Positions 9,917-19,804 of a stretch of 64,000 bases of DNA are shown one piece after another. The stretch spans positions 3,776,001 through 3,840,000 of the forward strand of contig OZ242029.1 of NCBI GenBank assembly GCA_965205015.1, read 5' to 3'. The position numbers and the translations under genes were made by a program. Positions within the stretch are counted from its first letter, which is position 1; every line of letters begins with the position of its first letter. The DNA is from Candidatus Poribacteria bacterium (GTDB lineage: Bacteria; Poribacteria; WGA-4E; WGA-3G). The notes beneath the pieces are model-generated. The model was not told where the DNA came from. It did not search any database and worked only from the letters and a program-made list of their open reading frames with translations.

Positions 9917-11977
9917 ATGAGAGAGAATTGGGAATTGCTGACCAGGATTGACGATTCAGAAGATGATATCTCTGAACCGGATAACCCGGAATTTGAACTC
10001 ATTTCAGACTTTTCACCGCAAGGCGATCAGCCCCAAGCCATTGATAAACTCACGGAAGGGCTCCATCGTGGAGACAAAGCACAGACACTCCTCGGTGTAA
10101 CGGGGTCGGGCAAAACCTATACAATGGCGAATGTAATTCAGAACGTCCAATTGCCCACGCTCGTCATTTCACCCAATAAGACGCTCGCCGCACAACTTTA
10201 CAACGAATTCCGGACCTTTTTCCCAAATAATGCCGTCCACTATTTCGTCAGTGATTACGAGTACTATCAACCTGAAGCGTACATCCCCTCCACGGATACC
10301 TTTATCGAAAAGGATGTCCGCATTAATGAAGAGATTACCCGGATGCGGCTTGCCTCGACAGCGTCCTTGATATCGCGTCGCGATGTTATCGTGGTCGCGA
10401 GTGTTTCCTGCCTCTACGGTCTGGGTTCACCGGATGAATTTGAAAATCAGAGGGTTCAGATAGCTGTCGGCGATGTCGTTCGGCGCGATGCGCTCCTGCG
10501 CGCTTTAGTTGATATTCAATATGTCCGCAACGATATTGAGTTCTGGCAAGGTGTGTTCCGCGCTCGGGGTGATGTCGTTGAAGTCTTTCCTGCTTATAGT
10601 GAGCACGCGTATCGGGTTGAGCTTTTCGGCGACGAAATCGATCGAATTAACGAAATTGATACAACCACCGGGGAGGTGTTGGCACAACGGGATTTCTTGG
10701 AAATCTATCCTGCCAAGCATTTCATGACCGATGGTGAAATCTTCGATCAGGCATTAATCAATATTGAACTTGAACTCCAAGACCGGATTCTGACGTTTGA
10801 GAAAGAGAATAAATTGCTGGAAGCACAACGCGTTGAGCAACGGACCCGCTTTGATCTGGAGATGTTGCGGGAGGTAGGTTACTGTTCTGGCATTGAAAAC
10901 TATTCCCGCCATCTCTCAGGATTGCAACCGGGTGATCCTCCGTATTGCCTGATGCACTACTTTCCCGATGATTTTCTTCTCTTTATTGATGAGTCGCACG
11001 TAACGATTCCGCAGTTGCGAGGTATGTATCGTGGTGACCGTTCCCGAAAGGAGACGCTCGTCGAGTATGGTTTCCGTCTGCCCTCCGCCTTGGATAACCG
11101 TCCGCTCCGATTCGATGAAGTTGAAGCCCGCGTCAATCAAGTGATTTTTGTCTCTGCGACCCCTGGTGCCTATGAAATGGAGAACAGCGCGCAAGTTGTC
11201 GAACAGATTATCCGTCCTACAGGTCTCATCGACCCAGAAATTACGATACATCCGGTGAGCGGACAAATAGACCATCTCATTGGCAAGATCCAAGAACGCG
11301 TCAGGCACAAGCAACGCGTCCTCGTCACGACGCTTACCAAACGGATGGCGGAAGACTTAACGGAGTATTTGACGGAGGCGGGTATCCGTGCGGACTATAT
11401 GCATTCTGAGATTGATGTGTTCGACCGCGCCCGCATCTTACGTGAACTTCGCGAGGGGGTTTTTGATGTGTTGGTCGGTATTAACCTGCTCCGCGAAGGT
11501 CTTGATCTCCCTGAAGTCTCTCTCGTTGCGATCCTTGATGCTGATCGCCCGGGTTTCCTCCGTTCTGTTAGGTCTCTCGTCCAAACCGCTGGACGTGCTG
11601 CCCGAAACGTTGATGGTGAAGTGCTCTTGTACGGGGATGATGTCACAGAAGCCATGGGAGAAGCGATCAAGGAAACACGGCGACGCCGCGAGATTCAACT
11701 GCAGTATAACACCGATAACGACATCACACCGGCGACAATTGAGAAAGCGATTCAGGAACTGATCGCTGAATCGACTGAGGCATATAAGACCAAAAAATCT
11801 GACAAGCCCGCTATCCTCCCGGAAACCGTTGAAACGCAAGACATTGACGCACTCATTACAGACTTGACGCGACGGATGCGAAAAGCGGCGTTGGATCTTG
11901 ATTATGAAGAAGCCGCCGCCTTACGTGACCAGATTGCTGAACTGAAAGCGCAATCAGCGGAACAGCCAGCTGAATAG
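9917..11977 (+). CDS. uvrB: Excinuclease ABC subunit B
   Basis: [42 protein letters not shown]-terminal UVR domain; ATG 9917 after SD ggga. Confidence 0.97.
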   Translation: MRENWELLTRIDDSEDDISEPDNPEFELISDFSPQGDQPQAIDKLTEGLHRGDKAQTLLGVTGSGKTYTMANVIQNVQLPTLVISPNKTLAAQLYNEFRTFFPNNAVHYFVSDYEYYQPEAYIPSTDTFIEKDVRINEEITRMRLASTASLISRRDVIVVASVSCLYGLGSPDEFENQRVQIAVGDVVRRDALLRALVDIQYVRNDIEFWQGVFRARGDVVEVFPAYSEHAYRVELFGDEIDRINEIDTTTGEVLAQRDFLEIYPAKHFMTDGEIFDQALINIELELQDRILTFEKENKLLEAQRVEQRTRFDLEMLREVGYCSGIENYSRHLSGLQPGDPPYCLMHYFPDDFLLFIDESHVTIPQLRGMYRGDRSRKETLVEYGFRLPSALDNRPLRFDEVEARVNQVIFVSATPGAYEMENSAQVVEQIIRPTGLIDPEITIHPVSGQIDHLIGKIQERVRHKQRVLVTTLTKRMAEDLTEYLTEAGIRADYMHSEIDVFDRARILRELREGVFDVLVGINLLREGLDLPEVSLVAILDADRPGFLRSVRSLVQTAGRAARNVDGEVLLYGDDVTEAMGEAIKETRRRREIQLQYNTDNDITPATIEKAIQELIAESTEAYKTKKSDKPAILPETVETQDIDALITDLTRRMRKAALDLDYEEAAALRDQIAELKAQSAEQPAE

Positions 11978-12170
11978 CGTGTAGAGTGTGTCCAATCCCT
12001 CAAAGAAGATATCGGAATTTAACACTTGTATCTTGAAATGTAATCTGCTAAAATGCAGTCGTTGATTGTAACTCTAAAACCTGTAATTTTGATCCCTTGA
12101 AGATTAATAATTTTGGTCTTTTGTTGATAAAAATATTAATCTTCCTGAGAAACAGAGAAAGGATTTTGCA

Positions 12171-12428
12171 ATGTTTGTTTGTGTAGCTTGCGGCTATTTG
12201 TGGAAGGAAGCGGATAGCCCACCAGATGAGTGTCCTGCATGCACAGCACCAAAGGAAAAATACATCCCTTACGATGACAGGGCAGAACGTTGGGTCAAGC
12301 GCGCTGTGGCGGCACATGTTATGTACCCGGACGAAGAAGGCGCAGATCTTCGCGCAGAGAACTCGGCACTCTCGTCTCACGTCAGATTTGCCCTTGTTGG
12401 GTTACTCGGTGATCTTGAAAAAGGATAA
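12171..12428 (+). CDS. Small rubredoxin-like domain protein
   Basis: FVCVACGYLW...PPDECPACTAPKEKY short-rubredoxin signature; SD aagga. Confidence 0.75.
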   Translation: MFVCVACGYLWKEADSPPDECPACTAPKEKYIPYDDRAERWVKRAVAAHVMYPDEEGADLRAENSALSSHVRFALVGLLGDLEKG

Positions 12429-12429
12429 A

Positions 12430-12577
12430 TAGTTGTCAGCGGTCAGTCATCGGTTATCAGTTAAAGAGGGGACTTGTAACAATTCACTTTGCCTTGGAGA
12501 AATCTCAGCAAACGTTTGTTGTGACGGGAATCCTCTTCGCTGATGGCTGACGACTGATAACTGATAACTGATAACTA
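12430..12577. repeat. Imperfect long inverted repeat with heptamer (CTGAYRR-like) arms
   Basis: Left arm tagttgtcagcggtcagtcatcggttatcagttaaagagg; right arm cctcttcgctgatggctgacgactgataactgataactgataacta. Confidence 0.75.
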
Positions 12578-12644
12578 ATATAGAAAGGAAGCGGCATTGC
12601 CCCATACCGGGTGCTCTACAGGATAGAGTGCCGCAAAATGAAGG

Positions 12645-14162
12645 ATGAAACAGATACGTTATCTGCTGGTTCTATGCCTCATTGCCTTGCACGGGATAGC
12701 ATCAGCACAGGACCTCTCAGACCGGGTGGTGGAGCACATCTTTCCCAACGGTCTGAAGTTGTTGATGATTAAACGCGATACCTCCCCGACCATCGCTCCC
12801 TACATCCTCTTTAAAGCCGGTTCAGTCGATGAATCAGATGATACCCGCGGTATCGCACACATGCTTGAACACATGTTGTTCAAAGGCACAAAAACCATCG
12901 GCACAAAAAACTATGAAAAGGAAAAGGTCGTGCTCGCTGAAATCGATCGCATCGGCGATGCCCTTGACATGGAACGCGCAAAAGGTTCCAGAGCGGATAC
13001 GGACAAAATAGCCGAATTGGAAGAAGCACTTAAAGCGCAGCAGGCGCTCGCCAAGGAGTGGATCGTTACCGGCGAATATACCGAAATCTACACGCAGCAC
13101 GGGAGTACCGGATTCAACGCTGGCACTTCTGTTGACTATACGATTTACACGGTGGAATTGCCATCTAATAAATTAGAGTTGTGGGCGATGCTTGAGTCTG
13201 ATCGGCTTAAGAACGCTGTCTTACGCGAATTTTATGTTGAACGCGAGGCTGTCAAAGAGGAACGGCGAATGCGTGTTGACACCCAACCGGGCGGTAAACT
13301 GTATGAACAGTTTATGGCTGCCGCTTTCACTGCGCACCCTTACGGCATACCGATTATCGGATGGCCCTCGGATATTGCGATGCTAAATCGACGCAAGGCG
13401 GAAGAATTTTTCCGGGTCCATTATGCCCCAAATAACTCTGTTATGGCTATCATCGGGAATATAGACATAGATGAGACCATCGCGCTCATTGAAAAGCATT
13501 TCGGTGATATCCCCTCGCAGCCGCTCCCGCCTGAAGTCACAACCCAAGAACTGCCGCAGGAGGGTGAACGTCGGGTCGAAGTCGAATTTGATGCCGAACC
13601 GCAACTCATGATTGGGTACCATAAACCGACACTCCCACACTTTGACGATTATGTGTTGGATTTTATCAGTGCGATCCTTTCCGATGGGCGGACCTCTCGG
13701 TTTTACAAAAACATCGTTGAGAAGGGGCTCGCCCTCTCTGCCGATTCATTGAATGGATACCCGGGGGCGCGCTACAACAATCTTTTTGTGATAGATGGCG
13801 CACCGCGGTCTCCACACACAACCGCCGATCTTGAAGCAGCGGTTTACGCTGAACTCGAAAGGCTCAAAACCGAACCCGTCGCAGAAAAAGAATTTAAACG
13901 CATCCTCAAACAGGTAGATGCCAGTTTTATCCGGGGCCTCAGCTCGAACGCTGGAATGGCAAGACAACTCACCTTCTATGAAGGGATTGCTGGCGATTGG
14001 CGTTATATCCTACAATGGCGGGAAAACATATATAAAGTTACGCCAGAGGACATCATGAGAGTCGCAAAAACCTATTTCACGAAAAGCAACCGCACCGTCG
14101 GCACACTCATTAAGAAAGAGGCAGTAGTACCCGCCGGTGAAGATACGGAGGGCGGCGAATAA
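12645..14162 (+). CDS. M16 (insulinase/pitrilysin) zinc peptidase, catalytic subunit, secreted
   Basis: Signal peptide; HMLEH inverted zincin motif; NAGTS; EREAVKEERR. Confidence 0.93.
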   Translation: MKQIRYLLVLCLIALHGIASAQDLSDRVVEHIFPNGLKLLMIKRDTSPTIAPYILFKAGSVDESDDTRGIAHMLEHMLFKGTKTIGTKNYEKEKVVLAEIDRIGDALDMERAKGSRADTDKIAELEEALKAQQALAKEWIVTGEYTEIYTQHGSTGFNAGTSVDYTIYTVELPSNKLELWAMLESDRLKNAVLREFYVEREAVKEERRMRVDTQPGGKLYEQFMAAAFTAHPYGIPIIGWPSDIAMLNRRKAEEFFRVHYAPNNSVMAIIGNIDIDETIALIEKHFGDIPSQPLPPEVTTQELPQEGERRVEVEFDAEPQLMIGYHKPTLPHFDDYVLDFISAILSDGRTSRFYKNIVEKGLALSADSLNGYPGARYNNLFVIDGAPRSPHTTADLEAAVYAELERLKTEPVAEKEFKRILKQVDASFIRGLSSNAGMARQLTFYEGIAGDWRYILQWRENIYKVTPEDIMRVAKTYFTKSNRTVGTLIKKEAVVPAGEDTEGGE

Positions 14163-16309
14163 TGAAGAACCGAACCTTTACTGGACTTGTCTTTGCGACA
14201 CTGGTCGCCTGTCTCATTGTGTGGGGTATCCCATCTACATTTGCCAGGCCCCACGAAGAACTGACCTTTGAACCGATTGAGTTTAAACCGCCCGTTCCAG
14301 AGAAGCGAACGCTTTCAAACGGAATGACGCTCTACCTCATTGAGGACAATGAGTTACCCTTGTTTAACATCAACGGTTTGATTAAAACGGGTGACATCTA
14401 CGATCCAGCGGATAAGGTCGGCTTGTCAGCCATATTTTCCTCTGTTATGCGAACCGGCGGCACGGTGTCGCGTGAACCGGATGCGCTGAACGAGGAACTC
14501 GAGTCTATGGCGGCATCGGTTGAAGTCGGTATGTCGCGTGAATATGGAACGGTTAACCTTTCAACGCTTGCGGAAGACATCGAAAAAGGGTTGGAAATCT
14601 TTGCCGATGTCCTCAGGAATCCTGCGTTTCGCGAAGATAAATTGGAACTCCGTAAGCAGCAGTCGGTCGAACGTATCCGCCGACGCAACGATAATCCTAT
14701 CCAGCTCGCATGGCGTAACTTTTCCGCACTGCTCTATGGAACCGACCATCCGTTCGGGTGGTATACCGAAATTGAGGGTATAGAGAGCATCACCGTTGAC
14801 GATCTGAAAGCGTTTCACGCGAAATATTATCATCCGAACAACATGATGCTCGCAATTACCGGCGATTTTGATACGGAGACTCTGATTGCGCAACTGGAAA
14901 AAGTGTTTGAAGGCTGGGAATCCGCGAATATTACATTCCCTGATGTTCCGACCGTGGATCCCACTCCGGCAGCGTCGGTTAATTATATCTTCAAAGACCT
15001 CCCGCAGTCGGTGATGCTCATCGGGCACTTCGGCATCAAGCGCACTCCCGATTTCCCAGATTTCTTCGCGCTCCGTGTGATGAACGATATTCTCGGTGAA
15101 GGCGGTTTCACCTCTCGTCTGATGAAGGAAGTGCGTGAGAAACACGGTCTCGCCTACATGGTCGGCAGCATCATGCAAACGAGTTACTATACGAATCCAG
15201 GGGAATGGTTCGCGTATTCGCAGACCCGGACCGAAAAGACGGCAGAGGCGATCTCGCTTATTGTTGATGTCGTCAAAGGTCTCCGAGATACACCTGTCCC
15301 GGAAGCCGAACTACAACGCACCAAGGATTCGCTCATCAATTCGTTTGTCTTTGGGTTTGAGAGCAGTTCGCAAATTGCCTTCCAACAGATGATGCTGGCG
15401 TATCGCGGTTATGCACCCGACTTCCTCGAAACCTATACCGATAATATCGCGAAGGTCACGGCGGCGGATGTGCAGGCGGTCGCACAAAAGTATCTCCATC
15501 CGGACGCGCTCACGATTGTCACTGTCGGCAATAAAACCAATTTCGATCGATCGCTTGATGAGTTCGGAGAGGTTAACGAGATTGAGATAAAGCAACCGGA
15601 ACCACCCCCTGCAGAACCGATGCCTGAGGCGAGTGAAGGCGACATGGCGAAAGCCAAGGAGATCGTCGCGATGGCAGTTGATGCATACGGCGGACTTGAG
15701 AAATTGCAAGCGGTGAAAAACATTGTCTCGGAAGCAAGTGTTTCAGTGGACTCGCCGATGGGACCAATGCAGGCAGAGGCGAAGTCATACTATCTTTACC
15801 CTGACAAATTGAGACAAGATTTAAAGTTGCCTCAAATGGAGATAAGTCAGATCTACGACGGTTCAGCTGCATTTGCTGTAACACCGATGGGTGTTCAACC
15901 GCTTCCACCTGAAGCTGCTAACGCCTTTAGAAATACAATTGCCCGGGAACCTGTATGGCTTCTAACGCATCTCGTGAAAAACGATGTCCAAGTCCAGTAT
16001 GCTGGAAGTGAGGATGTCCAGGACAAGCCTGCACACATCTTGCTCGTTCCTGAGCCTTCTGGGGAAGTATTGCGACTGTTCATTAGTGAGGAGACACACT
16101 ATATTGTAAAGCTCACATATCGTGAGGCTGTCCAAGGCGTAGTAGCAAACCAGGAAACGTTCTTGGGTGATTATCGCGATGTTGATGGCATTAAAATAGC
16201 GCATCATGTTCTTCAAAATGTAGATGGTCAACTCTTTTCTGAAGTTTCAGTAACAGGTGTCACCTTGAACGCAGAACTTGACGAATCACTGTTTCAGGAG
16301 CCAAAATGA
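14162..16309 (+). CDS. M16 peptidase partner subunit (non-catalytic) with an extra C-terminal domain
   Basis: No HxxEH; LGEGGFTSRLMKEVREKHGLAY; Pro-rich linker, then AVDAYGG...DYRDVDGIKI...LDESLF; translationally coupled (TAATG). Confidence 0.88.
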   Translation: MKNRTFTGLVFATLVACLIVWGIPSTFARPHEELTFEPIEFKPPVPEKRTLSNGMTLYLIEDNELPLFNINGLIKTGDIYDPADKVGLSAIFSSVMRTGGTVSREPDALNEELESMAASVEVGMSREYGTVNLSTLAEDIEKGLEIFADVLRNPAFREDKLELRKQQSVERIRRRNDNPIQLAWRNFSALLYGTDHPFGWYTEIEGIESITVDDLKAFHAKYYHPNNMMLAITGDFDTETLIAQLEKVFEGWESANITFPDVPTVDPTPAASVNYIFKDLPQSVMLIGHFGIKRTPDFPDFFALRVMNDILGEGGFTSRLMKEVREKHGLAYMVGSIMQTSYYTNPGEWFAYSQTRTEKTAEAISLIVDVVKGLRDTPVPEAELQRTKDSLINSFVFGFESSSQIAFQQMMLAYRGYAPDFLETYTDNIAKVTAADVQAVAQKYLHPDALTIVTVGNKTNFDRSLDEFGEVNEIEIKQPEPPPAEPMPEASEGDMAKAKEIVAMAVDAYGGLEKLQAVKNIVSEASVSVDSPMGPMQAEAKSYYLYPDKLRQDLKLPQMEISQIYDGSAAFAVTPMGVQPLPPEAANAFRNTIAREPVWLLTHLVKNDVQVQYAGSEDVQDKPAHILLVPEPSGEVLRLFISEETHYIVKLTYREAVQGVVANQETFLGDYRDVDGIKIAHHVLQNVDGQLFSEVSVTGVTLNAELDESLFQEPK

Positions 16310-17085
16310 AAACGCTCAATTTACGCGTTCGCTATTTTCAGGATAGCACACCGGCAGATGTGCCGTGCCGTGAAACCGCCTTCATCCGCCGTGAGTTTGA
16401 CATGCCGTTGCCTGTTGAGGAAACCGCTTTAGTCCTCGTCGATCTGTGGAACGTGCATTTCATCGAAAGCTGGATAGAACGGGCGACACGGGTAACGAAG
16501 GAGTGCGTCGTGCCTGTGATAGATGCTGCGCGAGACGCAGGTTTGACAATTGTTCATGCCCCGTCTCCGTCAGTAGCGGCACAATATCCGCAACTCGAAC
16601 GGCACAAACCGCCTGAACCGTCTGTCCCTTCAGCGTGGCCCCCCTCTGATTTCCGAAGTCGTGAGGGGGACTACGCTGTTTACCGCGGTCCCCGTAGTCA
16701 ACCCCCGAGTATCGACATCCACTGGAACAAACTCGCATCGCAGCTTGCTGTCTCCCCAGCGATTGATGTGAAGCCGGAAGATTTTGTTATCGCCACCGGG
16801 CAGCAGTTGCATGAACTCTTGGAGGAGCGGCGGATCTTACATCTGCTTTTCGCGGGTTTCGCAACGAATTGGTGTGTATTGGGCAGGGATTACGGTATCC
16901 GTTCGATGGCGCGGTATGGCTATAACATCGTGTTACTCCGCGATGCCACAACCGGCGTGGAGTTTCCCGATACTTATGATAACCTGTTCACAACAGAGAT
17001 CGCGATTCGGGAGGTAGAACAACAGTACGGATTTAGCACATCGAACGTCGATTTTTTTGATGCGATTGAGAAACTTCCAGCATAG
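16306..17085 (+). CDS. Isochorismatase/cysteine hydrolase family protein
   Basis: TALVLVDLW, IVHAPS, AGFATNWCV, LLRDATT. Confidence 0.82.
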   Translation: MKTLNLRVRYFQDSTPADVPCRETAFIRREFDMPLPVEETALVLVDLWNVHFIESWIERATRVTKECVVPVIDAARDAGLTIVHAPSPSVAAQYPQLERHKPPEPSVPSAWPPSDFRSREGDYAVYRGPRSQPPSIDIHWNKLASQLAVSPAIDVKPEDFVIATGQQLHELLEERRILHLLFAGFATNWCVLGRDYGIRSMARYGYNIVLLRDATTGVEFPDTYDNLFTTEIAIREVEQQYGFSTSNVDFFDAIEKLPA

Positions 17086-17242
17086 AGTTCTACCAATGGA
17101 CTCCTGTTTTTCACTGTCAGGCGAGGTCTCCGTGCCCCGCCTCTTTTCTTGCAAAAGTTATGTTCCTAATCTCATGTTGGATTGTCTTAACACGTTTGAT
17201 CACGTTAGCGCACGGAAGCACGAAATCAAGAAAAAATAAAGA

Positions 17243-19480
17243 ATGGAGTCTGCTGACATGCTGCGGCGTATGAATGATATTCTTTGCTTAGAATTTCTCT
17301 CCGGTTCTCATTCAATTGCTGTTTCACCTGATGGTAACGAGCTGGCTGTTGTTGTGCAGAGTTATCGTAGACATCAAGCTGAAAGGGGCATATCTGAGCG
17401 TTTTCTACCATCGGGGTTGCCTGTTTCGTTTGAAGGAAGTGAAATTTGGCTTGTCAATGTTAAAAACGGAGAATCACGAAATCTCACACCGAATTGGGGG
17501 ACAAGTTACAAACCTGCATGGTCACCTGATGGAGAGAAATTGGCTTTTTATTCGGATAAACACGGGAAGGCACAGTTGTGGATATGGGAAGGTGGTGAAA
17601 ATGAGCCGGGGCTCGCGAGTGATATCACAATCCGACCGTTTTCGAGGACCGGTCCGCCGCCGCTTTGGACCCCGGATGGAACACATATTGTTGTTAAACT
17701 ACAACCTGAGACAATCATCAGTGAAGAAACACCTCCAGACAGAGAAGCCTCATCTGTGAAAGTCTTTACGAGTCGAGTTGCTGAGGAAATACCTGCAAAC
17801 AAAGAGCGTTCCGAAGGTGGATCTGAACTATGGTGGCCCTCGTGGGGACATTGGTTTCGCTCAGATGTAGGGGTGATAACGGTCGCAACGGGTGAAGTTA
17901 GGATGTTAGCACAAGGATTCCATCCATTTGGTCTTCGTATTTCACCGGATGGCAAAACTGTCGGAGTTATGAACTTTCGGGGATTTGAGAACTTAGAAAA
18001 TGCTCAAGGCGTGAACGAGTTTTATCTTTATCCTTTGGATGGCACTCCGCCACAGTTGATTGCGGATTCACTGAAGTTCCATGGACTTTTGTTTAGTTGG
18101 TCTCCAGATGGTCGCTATATTGCTTATACAACAGAGGGATATCCACTCTCAACCCAAGCCTCGAAATCGGAACTTTTTCTCATTTCGACATCCGACGGTA
18201 GCCAAGTGAACCTCACGCAGGAGACCGATATTGAACTGGCAAATAGTTCACATCCCCCTTTATGGAGTTCCGATAGCCGACATCTATTCTGTGTTGCCCA
18301 CGGACATCTCTGGCGAATTGCTATCGCGAATCAGACCATTGAAAAGTTAACAGATGGATTTGACCGACATGTTATTCGGCTTGTTCGACGATCTGAAGCA
18401 GATACCGTCTGGTCCCCAAACCATGCTGAATCGGTATATATTCAGACATCGAAAGGTGCGGAGCATGGGTTTTATCGCATCAACTTGGAAACGTTGGCAA
18501 GCACACGGTTGGTTGAAGAAACGCGGGTGTATAATAGACGTGGAAATATGGATGTCGCGCCTCAGACGGGTGATATTTTCTACAGCGTTGAGGACTTAAA
18601 TCATCCCGTAGATGTGTGGGTGGCGGATACAGATTTCCAAAATCCGCGACAGCGCACCCGCCTGAATCCAAGCATTGAAACAGAGCCACTCGGCACTTCT
18701 CGGCTTATCACCTGGCGAACACCTTCTGGAAAAAATCTCACAGGTGCCTTGTTGTTACCCGAAGATTATGTTGAAGGACAGAGGTATCCACTGATCACGG
18801 AAGTTTATGGCGGTTCGTTTCTATCACGTCAGAGTAACGATTTCGGCACAGATGGTACAGGACATAATTTTCTGCTCACAAAGCAAGGTTACGTTGTCTT
18901 TCTTCCAGATATGCCTATGGAAACAAATTCTCCTGTCCAAGAGTTGACGGAGTTGACGCTTTCTGGTATAGATGCAGTGATTGACATGGGGATTGCCGAT
19001 GCGAAGCGTTTAGGCGTCATGGGACAGAGTTACGGCGGGTACTGCGTCAATGCCCTGATTACACAGACATCTCGGTTTGCCGCTGCTGTTGCTTCCGCAC
19101 CGATCAGCAATTTAATTAGTTTCTATGGACATTTAACAGAAGGCGGCGATAGTCCCTGGATCACTTGGACAGAGAAGAGTCAAGGCAGAATGGAAGGGTC
19201 GCTTTGGGAGTTCCGGGAGCGATATATCGAAAACTCCCCTATCTTTTTCCTTGACAAGGTGGAAACTCCCTTATTGTTGATTGTTGGGGCATTAGACAAC
19301 GATGCTGTCCCGCAGGCAGGGGAAATGTTCTCAGGCTTACGTAGGCTTGGAAAACAGGCGGTTTTGGTGCGCTACGAGAATGAAGGACATAAGCCGCAAC
19401 AAGGACGTTATCCGAATGTGGTTGACTATTGGCAACGGGTGCTCACTTGGTTTGATGAGCATTTCTCGGAATCGGTGTAG
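17243..19480 (+). CDS. S9 prolyl oligopeptidase family (beta-propeller + alpha/beta hydrolase)
   Basis: Repeated WSPDG; GQSYGG nucleophile; ALD; EGH catalytic His. Confidence 0.92.
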   Translation: MESADMLRRMNDILCLEFLSGSHSIAVSPDGNELAVVVQSYRRHQAERGISERFLPSGLPVSFEGSEIWLVNVKNGESRNLTPNWGTSYKPAWSPDGEKLAFYSDKHGKAQLWIWEGGENEPGLASDITIRPFSRTGPPPLWTPDGTHIVVKLQPETIISEETPPDREASSVKVFTSRVAEEIPANKERSEGGSELWWPSWGHWFRSDVGVITVATGEVRMLAQGFHPFGLRISPDGKTVGVMNFRGFENLENAQGVNEFYLYPLDGTPPQLIADSLKFHGLLFSWSPDGRYIAYTTEGYPLSTQASKSELFLISTSDGSQVNLTQETDIELANSSHPPLWSSDSRHLFCVAHGHLWRIAIANQTIEKLTDGFDRHVIRLVRRSEADTVWSPNHAESVYIQTSKGAEHGFYRINLETLASTRLVEETRVYNRRGNMDVAPQTGDIFYSVEDLNHPVDVWVADTDFQNPRQRTRLNPSIETEPLGTSRLITWRTPSGKNLTGALLLPEDYVEGQRYPLITEVYGGSFLSRQSNDFGTDGTGHNFLLTKQGYVVFLPDMPMETNSPVQELTELTLSGIDAVIDMGIADAKRLGVMGQSYGGYCVNALITQTSRFAAAVASAPISNLISFYGHLTEGGDSPWITWTEKSQGRMEGSLWEFRERYIENSPIFFLDKVETPLLLIVGALDNDAVPQAGEMFSGLRRLGKQAVLVRYENEGHKPQQGRYPNVVDYWQRVLTWFDEHFSESV

Positions 19481-19487
19481 ATTCCTC

Positions 19488-19736
19488 TTAGGCAGGCGAA
19501 GCGAACGCGTCTTTGAACTTTTGGAACAACCGTGTTTGGTAAGTCCCTTCGCCTTCTGCTTTTTCTTCCCGCAATCGTTGACTCTTTTCCTTCGCGGGTT
19601 TTAACGCTTCCGCTTCCTCTGCATCTAACTCTGCAAAGATGGCTAAAAGTTCTGCTTGCTCTCGTTCTGTCAAAGTCCCTTCTGCCTCACGGAGTCGCAG
19701 TTGCTCTAATCTATACTGCCTGTTTGTGCCTTTCAT
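19488..19736 (-). CDS. Small helical hypothetical protein, C-terminus possibly disrupted
   Basis: SD aggag; charged helical sequence LREAEGTLTEREQAEL; composition changes abruptly after KAEGEG. Confidence 0.5.
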   Translation of the reverse strand: MKGTNRQYRLEQLRLREAEGTLTEREQAELLAIFAELDAEEAEALKPAKEKSQRLREEKAEGEGTYQTRLFQKFKDAFASPA

Positions 19737-19804
19737 GATTATGTTCTCCTACGGTTTAGCCATCTAACTCTACATTAGGTTTTCAACGTTTTATATTTCC
19801 CTGT

